A DNA stretch of 63,169 nucleotides, taken from Bacteroidales bacterium. Its GTDB lineage: Bacteria > Bacteroidota > Bacteroidia > Bacteroidales > UBA7960. Both the position numbers and the translations under genes were made by a program. A model generated the notes under the pieces. The model was not told the origin of the DNA, ran no database searches, and saw nothing but the letters and a program-made list of their open reading frames with translations. This document shows, one piece after another, positions 40,785 to 49,808 of this stretch. Every line of letters begins with the position of its first letter. Position 1 is the first letter of the stretch. The stretch is from contig PUOJ01000123.1 in NCBI GenBank assembly GCA_003552075.1, positions 1 through 63,169 on the forward strand, in the 5' to 3' direction.

Positions 40785-41288
40785 ATGACAGCATTAGAAT
40801 TTAACCACAAACTCATGGGACTGCAAAACAACCTGAAGTACTTTGCATATACCCTTACATCCAACTATGAAGACGCCCAGGACCTGGTGCAGGAAACCTA
40901 CCTGAAGGCGCTTACAAACCGCGAAAAGTTCACCGACAACACCAATTTAAAGGCCTGGACTTTCACGATCATGAAAAACACCTTTATCAATAACTACAGG
41001 CAGAATGTGCGCAGCAATACCATTTTGGACAAAACAGATGACTTGTACTATCTTAACCTCTCCAAAGAGAGTGGCATTGGCCTGCCTGACTCAGATTATT
41101 CGGTAAAGGAAATAAACAAAGCAATTGGCGCGATCAGTGAAGAACAGCGCACCCCATTTGAAATGTACAACCAGGGGTATAAATACAAAGAGATTGCTGA
41201 GAAGCTGAACCTTTCCATTGGCACTGTAAAGAGCAGGATATTCTTTACGCGCAAGAAACTGATGGAGTCCATGAAAGACAATCAGTAA
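40785..41288 (+). CDS. RNA polymerase sigma-70 family (ECF-type) sigma factor
   Basis: Region 2 DAQDLVQETYLKAL...AWTFTIMKNTFINNYR and region 4 YKYKEIAEKLNLSIGTVKSRIFFTRKKL. Confidence 0.85.
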   Translation: MTALEFNHKLMGLQNNLKYFAYTLTSNYEDAQDLVQETYLKALTNREKFTDNTNLKAWTFTIMKNTFINNYRQNVRSNTILDKTDDLYYLNLSKESGIGLPDSDYSVKEINKAIGAISEEQRTPFEMYNQGYKYKEIAEKLNLSIGTVKSRIFFTRKKLMESMKDNQ

Positions 41289-41330
41289 GCTGTTCATATT
41301 ATAACCCATCATATACTCCGCTTATTTTAC

Positions 41331-41362
41331 CCCGGCAAAACCAATTTTGCCGGGTTTTTTTT
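41331..41362 (+). terminator. intrinsic terminator of the sigma factor gene
   Basis: 10-bp perfect stem CCCGGCAAAA / TTTTGCCGGG, a 4-nt loop, then T8. Confidence 0.9.
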
Positions 41363-41490
41363 GCGCTCCCCAGCCACCTGATGAGGCCTGGAAGGCATGA
41401 TCAGGAGAAAGCTGTATTTGTGCCGGGAATAATTGTTTACGCACAAATTGACTAAATTTGCGTATGCAAGTCGCTCAAAAAACCGGAAAC

Positions 41491-42786
41491 ATGCGGGTAT
41501 TTAAGTTTGGTGGGGCATCGGTACGTAATCCGGAATCGGTAAGGAATGTAGCACGCATCATCAGGGACCATCACGGCACCTCACCACTGGTGGTCGTACT
41601 CTCTGCGATGGGAAAGACCACGAATGCCCTGGAAGAATTGTGCGCGTTGTTCATGTCTGGTGACACACCAAATATGGAAAAAAAATATGAAGAGATCCGG
41701 TCCTTCCACATGCACATTGCCCGTGGCTTATTTTCCGACCCTGGTCATCCGGTGTTTCAGGTGTTGGAACAAACTTTCTACCAGCTCTATTATTATATCA
41801 CCGCACCACCCGGCGACAATTACAATTATGAATATGACCGCATTGTTTCTTCGGGCGAGATGGTATCTACGCGGATCCTGAGCATGTACCTGAACGAGGT
41901 GGGCATGCCTAATCGTCTGTTTCCTGCGCAAAAGCTGATCATTACCGATGCCAGTTTCAGGGATGCCCGTGTCGACTGGGTCATGAGCAGCCGTGCCATC
42001 CAGGAACAGCTGGCCTGGGCTTTCAGGGAGGATCCCGGTGAGGATCTGCCGCCGCTTGTGATCACCCAGGGCTTCATTGGGGGCACGCCCCAGGGATTTA
42101 CCACGACGCTGGGCCGGGAAGGGTCTGACTTCACTGCGGCCATCATTGCCTGGGCCATGCAGGCACGGGAGGTTGTCATCTGGAAGGATGTCCCGGGATT
42201 GCTCAATGCGGATCCTAAGATCATGGAACAGGCCGTTTTGTTGCCCAACATCAGCTACCAGGAGGCCATCGAGCTGGCCTACTACGGTGCCACGGTGATC
42301 CACCCCAAAACCCTGAAGCCGCTTCTCAACAAGAAAATTCCCTTGAAAGTAAAATCCTTTCACGATCCGGAAATGCCAGGATCGCTGATTGACCATCAAG
42401 AGGCACATGATAACCAGATCCCATCCTATATATTCAAAGACAACCAGGTACTGGTCTCGATATTTCCCAAGGACTTCAGCTTCATCGCTGAGGAAAACCT
42501 GGCTCGCTTATTTGCAGATTTTGCCCGACACGGGGTAAAGATGAACCTGATGCAGAATTCCGCCATCAGCTTCAGCGCCTGTTTTGATTATGACCGCATC
42601 AAAACGCCGGCGCTTTTGCGTGACCTGCGGAAAATGTTCAGCGTCAAATACAACAAGAACCTGGAGCTCATCACTGTCAGACACTACCAACGGGCCTGCA
42701 TGGAAAAGCTTACAAAGGACAAGGAGGTGGTGATGGAGCAGAAAAACCGTACCACCCTGCAGGTAATTGTGAGGGGAAACAGATAA
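41491..42786 (+). CDS. lysC: aspartate kinase
   Basis: MRVFKFGGASV...VVVLSAMGKTTNAL...TLGREGSDFTAA..., with C-terminal ACT-like repeats. ATG at 41491. Confidence 0.85.
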   Translation: MRVFKFGGASVRNPESVRNVARIIRDHHGTSPLVVVLSAMGKTTNALEELCALFMSGDTPNMEKKYEEIRSFHMHIARGLFSDPGHPVFQVLEQTFYQLYYYITAPPGDNYNYEYDRIVSSGEMVSTRILSMYLNEVGMPNRLFPAQKLIITDASFRDARVDWVMSSRAIQEQLAWAFREDPGEDLPPLVITQGFIGGTPQGFTTTLGREGSDFTAAIIAWAMQAREVVIWKDVPGLLNADPKIMEQAVLLPNISYQEAIELAYYGATVIHPKTLKPLLNKKIPLKVKSFHDPEMPGSLIDHQEAHDNQIPSYIFKDNQVLVSIFPKDFSFIAEENLARLFADFARHGVKMNLMQNSAISFSACFDYDRIKTPALLRDLRKMFSVKYNKNLELITVRHYQRACMEKLTKDKEVVMEQKNRTTLQVIVRGNR

Positions 42787-42821
42787 AACTGCTGATAAAG
42801 GAATGCACGGCCCTCCTCTTG

Positions 42822-43760
42822 TCAACGGGTGATCTTGCGAATTTTATCAGAGAGCACGCTGGCCATTTTAATTTTTGATTCTGCGGTCCACCCGGCCACG
42901 TGCGGGGTAAGCACCACCTTGCCATCCATTTCACATAGCTTGCTGAAGTTATCCGGTAGTGGGGATGCCCCAAGTGCATCAGCGGAAAGCTCTTCATATT
43001 CCAGCACATCCAACGCAGCGCCCCTGACCTGATCCTGCGCAAGGGCTGCAATCAGGTCGGCCGTATGAACCACATTTCCGCGCGAGGTGTTGATGAGAAT
43101 GATCTTTTTCCTAAACCGGGCCAGGTAGGCCTGGTTTACCAGGTATGAGGTCTCCTCGGTCAGGGGCACATGCAGGCTCAGTATGTCTGCCTCATGAAAG
43201 ATCTCATCCATATCTGTCTCTCTGACAATAACATTTCCAAAACCTTCTTTGTATTTGTCATAGGCAAGCAATGTACATCCAAAGCCACTGAGGCAGCGGG
43301 CAAATGCGCTGCCTGTATTGCCGAATCCCACAAGACCCACCGTTTGCCCGCTTAGCTCCATGCCGCGGTTGGCTTCGCGGCGCCAATGACCACTCCTGAC
43401 CTGCCGGTCAGCCACGCATATGTTGTTCAGGAGCGCCAGGAGCATCCCGGCAGCGTGTTCACCAACTGCCTGGCGATTCCCTTCCGGTGAGCTCAGACAC
43501 ACAACCCCACGGCTTTTGGCAAAGCTGACATCGATATTTTCCAGCCCACTGCCGATTCGACCGATAAAACGAAGGTTTTTCCCGGCAGCGATCAACTCCT
43601 TGTCCAGTTTCATGCGGCTTCGCACAATGATGCCTGTAAACTCATGCATGCGGGACTTCAATTGCTCACGGCCAATGTCAGGATCATATATGCAACGGTA
43701 ACCCATCCCCTCAAGGTCATCCAGCAGAACCGGGTGCGTTTCATCAAGAAATAATATCAT
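42822..43760 (-). CDS. D-isomer-specific 2-hydroxyacid dehydrogenase (phosphoglycerate dehydrogenase-like)
   Basis: NAD-binding VGLVGFGNTGSAFA and the catalytic region ...LTPHVAGWT. The start could be 43760 (MILFLDE) or 43775. Confidence 0.8.
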   Translation of the reverse strand: MILFLDETHPVLLDDLEGMGYRCIYDPDIGREQLKSRMHEFTGIIVRSRMKLDKELIAAGKNLRFIGRIGSGLENIDVSFAKSRGVVCLSSPEGNRQAVGEHAAGMLLALLNNICVADRQVRSGHWRREANRGMELSGQTVGLVGFGNTGSAFARCLSGFGCTLLAYDKYKEGFGNVIVRETDMDEIFHEADILSLHVPLTEETSYLVNQAYLARFRKKIILINTSRGNVVHTADLIAALAQDQVRGAALDVLEYEELSADALGASPLPDNFSKLCEMDGKVVLTPHVAGWTAESKIKMASVLSDKIRKITR

Positions 43761-43784
43761 GCCGGGGTGGTCCATCAATGCGAG

Positions 43785-45113
43785 TTATTGGGGTTCATAT
43801 TGTTCATGGAAAGCATCCAGGAACTCCTGATCCACGTTTTCACAGCCAGATCCAACCTCAGCGATTGTGAACTCCTGGTAATAATAGGGGTTCAGTTCCG
43901 GGTCACCACTGTATCTGACCGGTATGCGCAACTGCTGACCAGCGATCAGGCTGCCTTCCCGCCCAAAGCTTCCGGTGTTGCGTGGATGATTGATAATAAA
44001 CCAGGAGCACACCTGGTATTGCCTGTATATTCTGCTCCAGGTGTCTCCTCCTCTTACTGTATATAGCTCATCTTCAGGGAAGGGAGGGGGCACATCCAGC
44101 TCTTCCAAAGCCTCTTCGGAAGCATCCACAATCGTGTCTGATGTTTCTGCCGGGCTTGGTGCCGGAAGCCGCACCGGAGGTTTGGGATCAAAAATAAACA
44201 GGTCATAGACCATATAACCCACCAGGACACCTGCCAGCACGATCATCGCATATTTCAGCAGATGCGACCGCACCGGGTGGATAAGCCCCTTTTTTCTTTG
44301 TGTCGGTTTTCCTGCGGATGATGATACATCACGGGGAGTACCGCCTTTATTTTTCTCTTTTCCGGGCATAAAAACTCTTCTGGCATGATTGAGTTGATAA
44401 AATGAGATCATCATCAGCGATGCAGACGCTTGCGACGCTTGCTTTTCACACAGCCCCATGATCCGCAACAATTTTGTCTGCAGCGGCATGGAATCCTGCA
44501 TCACTTTCCTGACATCTTTACCGGAAAGGTATTGACATATGGAGCCCGTTCCAAGCAATAAACTGTCACCGGAAAGGGGTTTAAGCGGGATTTCAGCACT
44601 TTGGGGACTCAACCTGGGATCCTGTCCGAGGAAGGCCAGGGGTTGGGCTGCCTCTGGCTTTTCCGGCAATGCCCGTGCGGCATCACTGCCATACGTCAAC
44701 AAATGATGGATCTTTTTGCCATCCCACAAAGCCATGCACACCTGATCACCCACCCATGCATAATAAAGGGTGTTTTCATGGTTAAGCAAGCAAAGGCAAC
44801 TGATCCTGGACGGAGCATAGGACAGGTCCTTTTTTGCCAGCTGACACAGGTATCCGTTGCTGTATTTCAAGGCACTGGTGGGAATGTCTTCCACCTGTTC
44901 ATCATCGGCATGATCCATATAATAGCGCATGCGTTCTGCCACAATGCCGGCCAGCTCCTCCTGCTTTTCATCCCTGCCTTCGGTGGCAACAACTACCATC
45001 ACATGGCCAAAAGAGGCATTAAAAATTTCCTGCCGATGCAGCCCTTTCAGTTCATCGCCAGCTGAATGCACCTTGCCCGCATATTCAAATGATTTCAGCT
45101 TTTTTGTGTTCAT
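43785..45113 (-). CDS. degenerate PP2C-like domain - TM - LysM domain protein
   Basis: The N-terminal ~230 aa follow the PP2C block order but lack most metal-binding Asp residues (VVVATEGRD, WVGDQV, LLLGTGS). TM helix YAMIVLAGVLVGYMVYDLFIF. C-terminal LysM YTVRGGDTWSRIY...GQQLRIP. Confidence 0.6.
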   Translation of the reverse strand: MNTKKLKSFEYAGKVHSAGDELKGLHRQEIFNASFGHVMVVVATEGRDEKQEELAGIVAERMRYYMDHADDEQVEDIPTSALKYSNGYLCQLAKKDLSYAPSRISCLCLLNHENTLYYAWVGDQVCMALWDGKKIHHLLTYGSDAARALPEKPEAAQPLAFLGQDPRLSPQSAEIPLKPLSGDSLLLGTGSICQYLSGKDVRKVMQDSMPLQTKLLRIMGLCEKQASQASASLMMISFYQLNHARRVFMPGKEKNKGGTPRDVSSSAGKPTQRKKGLIHPVRSHLLKYAMIVLAGVLVGYMVYDLFIFDPKPPVRLPAPSPAETSDTIVDASEEALEELDVPPPFPEDELYTVRGGDTWSRIYRQYQVCSWFIINHPRNTGSFGREGSLIAGQQLRIPVRYSGDPELNPYYYQEFTIAEVGSGCENVDQEFLDAFHEQYEPQ

Positions 45114-45242
45114 AGTCAGATCGGCTTTTCATACAGAAAACAAAAATACATCCTTTATTGAGAAAAAAAGTGAAAAAATAAATCGCCACCTGTGACGGCC
45201 TGCCCGAGATTTGATTGAAAACGGATTTCGGCAGGAGGACAA

Positions 45243-46046
45243 TTAACCACTGATGGCCTGCGTGATGGACACAAAATCCTTCACGCTTAACTGCTCCGGG
45301 CGCTCGCCTGCGTACTGTGGTGGCAATTTACCCCCGTCAACGATAAAGGATCTCAATGAATTCCGGAGTGTTTTACGCCGCTGATTGAACGCTGTCTTCA
45401 CCACGGAAAAAAACAATTTTTCATTGCAAGGCAGCAAGAAGTCTTTTTTGCGGTGCATGTGCAGCACCGACGACATCACCTTGGGTGGAGGGACAAACAC
45501 GCCAGGGGGGATATGGAAGCGGACCCGGACATCATAGAATGCCTGTGAGAGCACACTCAATATGCCATAGACCTTGTTGCCGGGTGGCGAAGCGATCCGC
45601 TGTGCCACCTCTTTCTGAAACATGCCGGTCAGTTCAGGGACCTGCGCACGGAAGGCAAGCACCCGGAAGATGATCTGGCTTGAAATGTTGTAGGGGAAAT
45701 TGCCAATCACAGCAAATTGGTCCGGACCAAAAAGCCTTTGCAAGTCGTAGCGTAAAAAATCGCCCTGGATGATCCTGTCATCCTGTTTCGGGTAAGCTGC
45801 ACGCAGATAATCCACAGACTCCCTGTCTATCTCCATGCCGTACCATGCATCGGGGTGGCTGTCGATGAGAAAATGAGACAGCACGCCGGTACCTGGGCCG
45901 ATTTCCAGGATATGCCGGTATGCAGAAAGGTTTTCCAGGCAGGAAGCTACCTTCATTGCCACGCGCTTGTCGGCCAGAAAGTGCTGGCCCAGGGATTTTT
46001 TGGGCCGTACGGGTGATGACACGGATATGGTCTTTTCAGTTAACAA
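45243..46046 (-). CDS. rsmA: 16S rRNA (adenine1518/1519-N6)-dimethyltransferase
   Basis: KKSLGQHFL, the SAM site LEIGPGTGVLS, and GNFPYNISS. TTG start overlapping the upstream TPR gene by 11 nt (an alternative GTG lies at 46022). Confidence 0.9.
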   Translation of the reverse strand: MLTEKTISVSSPVRPKKSLGQHFLADKRVAMKVASCLENLSAYRHILEIGPGTGVLSHFLIDSHPDAWYGMEIDRESVDYLRAAYPKQDDRIIQGDFLRYDLQRLFGPDQFAVIGNFPYNISSQIIFRVLAFRAQVPELTGMFQKEVAQRIASPPGNKVYGILSVLSQAFYDVRVRFHIPPGVFVPPPKVMSSVLHMHRKKDFLLPCNEKLFFSVVKTAFNQRRKTLRNSLRSFIVDGGKLPPQYAGERPEQLSVKDFVSITQAISG

Positions 46047-47868
46047 CGTCGCCCCGCAATTGCCTAAAGCGGTTGCGTGCGGTTATGGTATGCAGGCTGC
46101 CCGGGTAGTCAATCATGATCTGCTGATAGAGGGCCATCGCCTTGTCGTCTCTTTCAAAAAGGTATTGTTGAAGTTCAGCCCGCTGAAACAGGGCTTCATC
46201 TGCGAGCAGGCCCATGGGATATTGTTCCGTAATGAGTGTCAGCAGGCTGTCTGCAGCTTCATAGTCACCTCTTTCACGCATGATGTCAGCGCGGGCAAAA
46301 AGCACATCATCCTGGATCTGGTGGTTTGGAAATGCTTCCTGGATGGAATCCAGGGTGTGCAAAGCCCTGTCGTAATGATTCATAAAGATGTGTTGTTCTG
46401 CCCGGGCATACATAAGCAGGGGCTGTGGATCTCCGTTCACGCCGAGGTTATCCTGTATCCTCAGCGACAGCTTCATCGCATCATTGGCAATCAACCTGGA
46501 GGTCCCGGCCTTCAGGATGTCAAGCTGGGCTTTTGCCCAGTCAAATTCGCCAATGAAATAGGTCAGCCGGGCATTTTTGTATTTGGCTTCATGGGCAAGG
46601 GGGTCGTCGCGAAACATACGGTCGACCTGCGAATATAAAAGCGTCGCATCCCACACCTGGCCGGTATGCAGCAGGATGTCGGCCAGCTCGATACGGCATT
46701 CCGCTTTCACCCGGTTGGAGATCCGGGGAAGGTCGAGTGTAGCCTCCAGCAATTCGATCGCTTCTGCCGTGTTCTCCAGATAAAACGCCTGCAAGTTAGC
46801 CAGGTTGCGGACAAGGCTCACGGTGCGGGAATTGATGCCCAGGTCATTAATGGCTTCCTTGTATTCCTGCTCAATCTCAAGCAGGTCATCCGGATCATAG
46901 GTGTAATCATCGGTCACAGCCAGAAAGCGGACATTCAGATAGCCAACCAGCGCCTCCAGGTAAAAGGGTGCTTCTTCTCCCTGGTCAAGCAGGTATTGAT
47001 AGGCTTCGGCAGCCACCTCGAAATGCGCGTTGTTCTTGCTCAACTCCGCAACCTCCAGCACCGGCCCCCCTTCCTGCTGCAGGCGCCTGTCAAGGGCCCT
47101 GGCCTGCCGGAAGGCAAGCCGGAAGTCCTGCTGCTGAATGGAAAGCCACAGCAGCATCTCCGAGTAATGCGCGTGCTCAGGGTCACGTTGCGTGCGGGCG
47201 AGAAGCTCTGCCCTGAGTGCATCATTCCGTTCAAAACCCGGATCATGGGCAATGGCGTCCTGTATCCTCCCCCTGACCCGGTCCATGTCATCCGGACGCG
47301 CAGTCATATAATCAAGGTACTCCTGCATCATGGCACGGTAGTCGCCTTTCCTCTCATGAAGCTCAGCGATACGAAGATGCAAGGGGTGGCTGTCGCCCAA
47401 AAGCCGGCGACCCTCCTGGAAAGTGTCCATGGCCCTGCCAAGGTATCCCCGTGCTTCAAAAGCCATGGCCAGTCCAATCACCGCATCAGGATCTGCTTTA
47501 AGGTCATCAATGAGGCCATCAAGCTGCCGGCGTGCCCTGCGCGACTGATCGGCACGGTCATAAGCCCAGCCCAGGTCTACCTGGTAACGGATGTCATCCG
47601 GATGCGCTTCGATCTGCGCTTCAACAACCTGACGCGCTGTCCTGAACTCATCCAGGGCAAACAAGCTTTCAAGGTAGTTGTTATAGATGACCGGCGTGGG
47701 GTTTTCTTCAAAAAGCTCCTCATAAAGTGCCAGGGCCTGCTCGTATTGTCCATCTCTAAAATACTGGTTTGCAAGCCTTTCGTCGGTGGCATCCTCGGCA
47801 AACAAAAGCGAAGCGGCAATCAGAAGCGCACAAAAAACGGCCATGTTTCTGAAAAGATACTGCATCAT
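46036..47868 (-). CDS. tetratricopeptide-repeat protein, secreted
   Basis: The start is set at MMQYLFRNMAVFCALLIAASLLFAED (signal peptide). Long TPR array. Confidence 0.75.
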   Translation of the reverse strand: MMQYLFRNMAVFCALLIAASLLFAEDATDERLANQYFRDGQYEQALALYEELFEENPTPVIYNNYLESLFALDEFRTARQVVEAQIEAHPDDIRYQVDLGWAYDRADQSRRARRQLDGLIDDLKADPDAVIGLAMAFEARGYLGRAMDTFQEGRRLLGDSHPLHLRIAELHERKGDYRAMMQEYLDYMTARPDDMDRVRGRIQDAIAHDPGFERNDALRAELLARTQRDPEHAHYSEMLLWLSIQQQDFRLAFRQARALDRRLQQEGGPVLEVAELSKNNAHFEVAAEAYQYLLDQGEEAPFYLEALVGYLNVRFLAVTDDYTYDPDDLLEIEQEYKEAINDLGINSRTVSLVRNLANLQAFYLENTAEAIELLEATLDLPRISNRVKAECRIELADILLHTGQVWDATLLYSQVDRMFRDDPLAHEAKYKNARLTYFIGEFDWAKAQLDILKAGTSRLIANDAMKLSLRIQDNLGVNGDPQPLLMYARAEQHIFMNHYDRALHTLDSIQEAFPNHQIQDDVLFARADIMRERGDYEAADSLLTLITEQYPMGLLADEALFQRAELQQYLFERDDKAMALYQQIMIDYPGSLHTITARNRFRQLRGDVVN

Positions 47869-48300
47869 AGAATTACTTGGGTTAAATCCATTTACGCTAT
47901 CTGGTCCCGGAAAAGAATTCCCTGCACTGACAAATGATCTGCAAGGAGTCGCAGGCAAGCAACAAACGGGTCTCAGGTTCAGGCATCTGGCTCCTATGTG
48001 ATCATCCTGGCCATGGCACCCAGGTTCCGGGACGCAAGTGTCTCCGGATGCCAATGTGTGTTACGTCCTGCACCATATGCCTAAAGGCACAACGAAAACC
48101 ATGCCGGATTTGTTTTACATCCTGCAACAATCCGGTGTGTCTTTAGGCAAATGCAAGATCAGCATTCAGCGATCTTACATGTTTTAAGAAACAGTTACAA
48201 AAAACTGTCTTTACTTCCCATGCCCATGATTGGTCAGCTGAATGCAAATGAGGTATCAGGGCGCACCTTTTGTAACAAAACCCATGATCAAAAGGGAAGA

Positions 48301-49569
48301 TTATATGTATTCAAACCCTGTATATTTATGCAACACCCTGGGAATTTTTATGCCATCCGGGGTTTGGTTGTTTTCGAGGAGTGCTGCCATCACGCGGGGC
48401 AGGGCCAGGGCACTGCCATTGAGTGTATGTGCAAGTTGGTTCTTACCTTCTGCCCGACGAAACCTCAGCTTCATGCGCTGTGCCTGGTAGGTCTCAAAAT
48501 TGGATATGGAGCTTACTTCGAGCCATCGCTTCTGGCCTGCTGAATAGACTTCCATGTCGTAGGTCAGGGCTGCGGCAAAGCCGAGGTCCCCGCCACAGAG
48601 CCGGGCCACGCGGAACGGAAGGTCCAGTTTCTGCAATAAACCCGCCACATATTCGACCATCTCATCAAGGGCGGCATAACTTTTTTCAGGATGCACCACC
48701 TGTACGATCTCGACCTTGTCGAATTGGTGCAACCTGTTGAGCCCCCTGACATCCTTCCCATAGGAGCCAGCCTCACGCCGGAAACAAACAGAATAGGCCG
48801 TGTATTTCACCGGCAGCACATCCTCCTCCAGGATGGTATCGCGAAAAATGTTGGTCACCGGCACTTCGGAGGTTGGTATAAGGTAAAGATCATCTTCGGG
48901 GATGCGGTACATCTGACCGTCTTTGTCGGGCAGCTGGCCCGTGCCATAAGCAGAGGCGGCATTGACAAGCAGGGGGGGTTGTACTTCCGTATATCCGGCC
49001 TTCCCTGCCTCATCCAGGAAAAAAGCAATGAGTGCGCGTTGCAGTGCGGCACCCTTGCCCGTGTATATTGGAAAGCCGGCACCGGTCACTTTGGTTCCGG
49101 CAGCAAAATCAATCAAGCCATGTTCAGATGCCAACTCCCAATGGGGTTTTGCGCCATCTGCCAGCCGAGGCTGCTCGCCTTCTTCCCGTACCACGAGATT
49201 GTCCGCTTCCGTGTTTCCGGCAGGCACCGACGGATGCGGTAACATTGGCAGGTTGGTCATCAGCTCCTGAAGTTCATTGGCGGCGGCATCAAGCTCCTCC
49301 TGCAACTGTTTGGATTTTTTCTTCAGCTCGGCCGATTGCGATTTTAGGGCTTGCGCCTCATTGCCCTTGCCCGTTTTAAACAATTCTCCAATCTGGCGTG
49401 CCTTGGCATTGGCTTCAGCAAGGGTGTTGTCCAGCTCCTGCTGGATCTGCCTCCGGCGGGCATCAAGTGTTTTAATCCGGTTTACCAGGTCGCTGGCATC
49501 AAAGTTCCGGATGCGGTATCGCGCAATGACTTCCTGGCTGTCTTCCCTGATTTGTTGGATGTCTATCAT
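48301..49569 (-). CDS. serS: serine--tRNA ligase
   Basis: N-terminal coiled-coil, plus the class II motifs FRREAGSYGKDVRGLNRLHQF and GSALALPRVMAALLEN. Confidence 0.97.
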   Translation of the reverse strand: MIDIQQIREDSQEVIARYRIRNFDASDLVNRIKTLDARRRQIQQELDNTLAEANAKARQIGELFKTGKGNEAQALKSQSAELKKKSKQLQEELDAAANELQELMTNLPMLPHPSVPAGNTEADNLVVREEGEQPRLADGAKPHWELASEHGLIDFAAGTKVTGAGFPIYTGKGAALQRALIAFFLDEAGKAGYTEVQPPLLVNAASAYGTGQLPDKDGQMYRIPEDDLYLIPTSEVPVTNIFRDTILEEDVLPVKYTAYSVCFRREAGSYGKDVRGLNRLHQFDKVEIVQVVHPEKSYAALDEMVEYVAGLLQKLDLPFRVARLCGGDLGFAAALTYDMEVYSAGQKRWLEVSSISNFETYQAQRMKLRFRRAEGKNQLAHTLNGSALALPRVMAALLENNQTPDGIKIPRVLHKYTGFEYI

Positions 49570-49663
49570 AACTTGTACTTGAATTTATTTGGGGTTCAGA
49601 ACCTTGCCATCATCCCTCATCCAGGGAATTATGGCGCATCAAAAGTAGTAAGAATCGAAGCAT

Positions 49664-49689
49664 AAAAAAAATCCTGCCGCAGCAGGATT
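49664..49689 (-). terminator. intrinsic terminator of the rplU-rpmA operon
   Basis: On the minus strand: ATCCTGC-TGCG-GCAGGAT followed by T8, about 120 nt after the rpmA stop. Confidence 0.8.
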
Positions 49690-49808
49690 TGTATCAGGAT
49701 ATACAAGGTGTTTTAACCCTTTGTGCGGATTTTTCACAATGCTTGCAGCAATAACTGAGGCATTTGGATCAGGCCGCATCCGGAGCAGGTTGGACCGGCA
49801 GAAACAGC

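Noticed and set aside
41363-41490. Lysine riboswitch (L-box) upstream of aspartate kinase
   Set aside because: The spacer is about 128 nt, shorter than an L-box, and I could not find the conserved junction motifs. Only a short palindrome is present, and it is reported separately.
47869-48054. 62-aa N-terminal extension of the TPR protein in the track ORF 46036-48054
   Set aside because: The extension is Cys/Pro/Gly-rich and precedes a perfect signal peptide that starts at the internal ATG at 47868. The region is better explained as structured non-coding spacer.
49570-49663. T-box or other leader upstream of serS
   Set aside because: Only about 90 nt are available before the rpmA terminator. 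There is no specifier or T-box motif, and T-boxes are not expected in this phylum.
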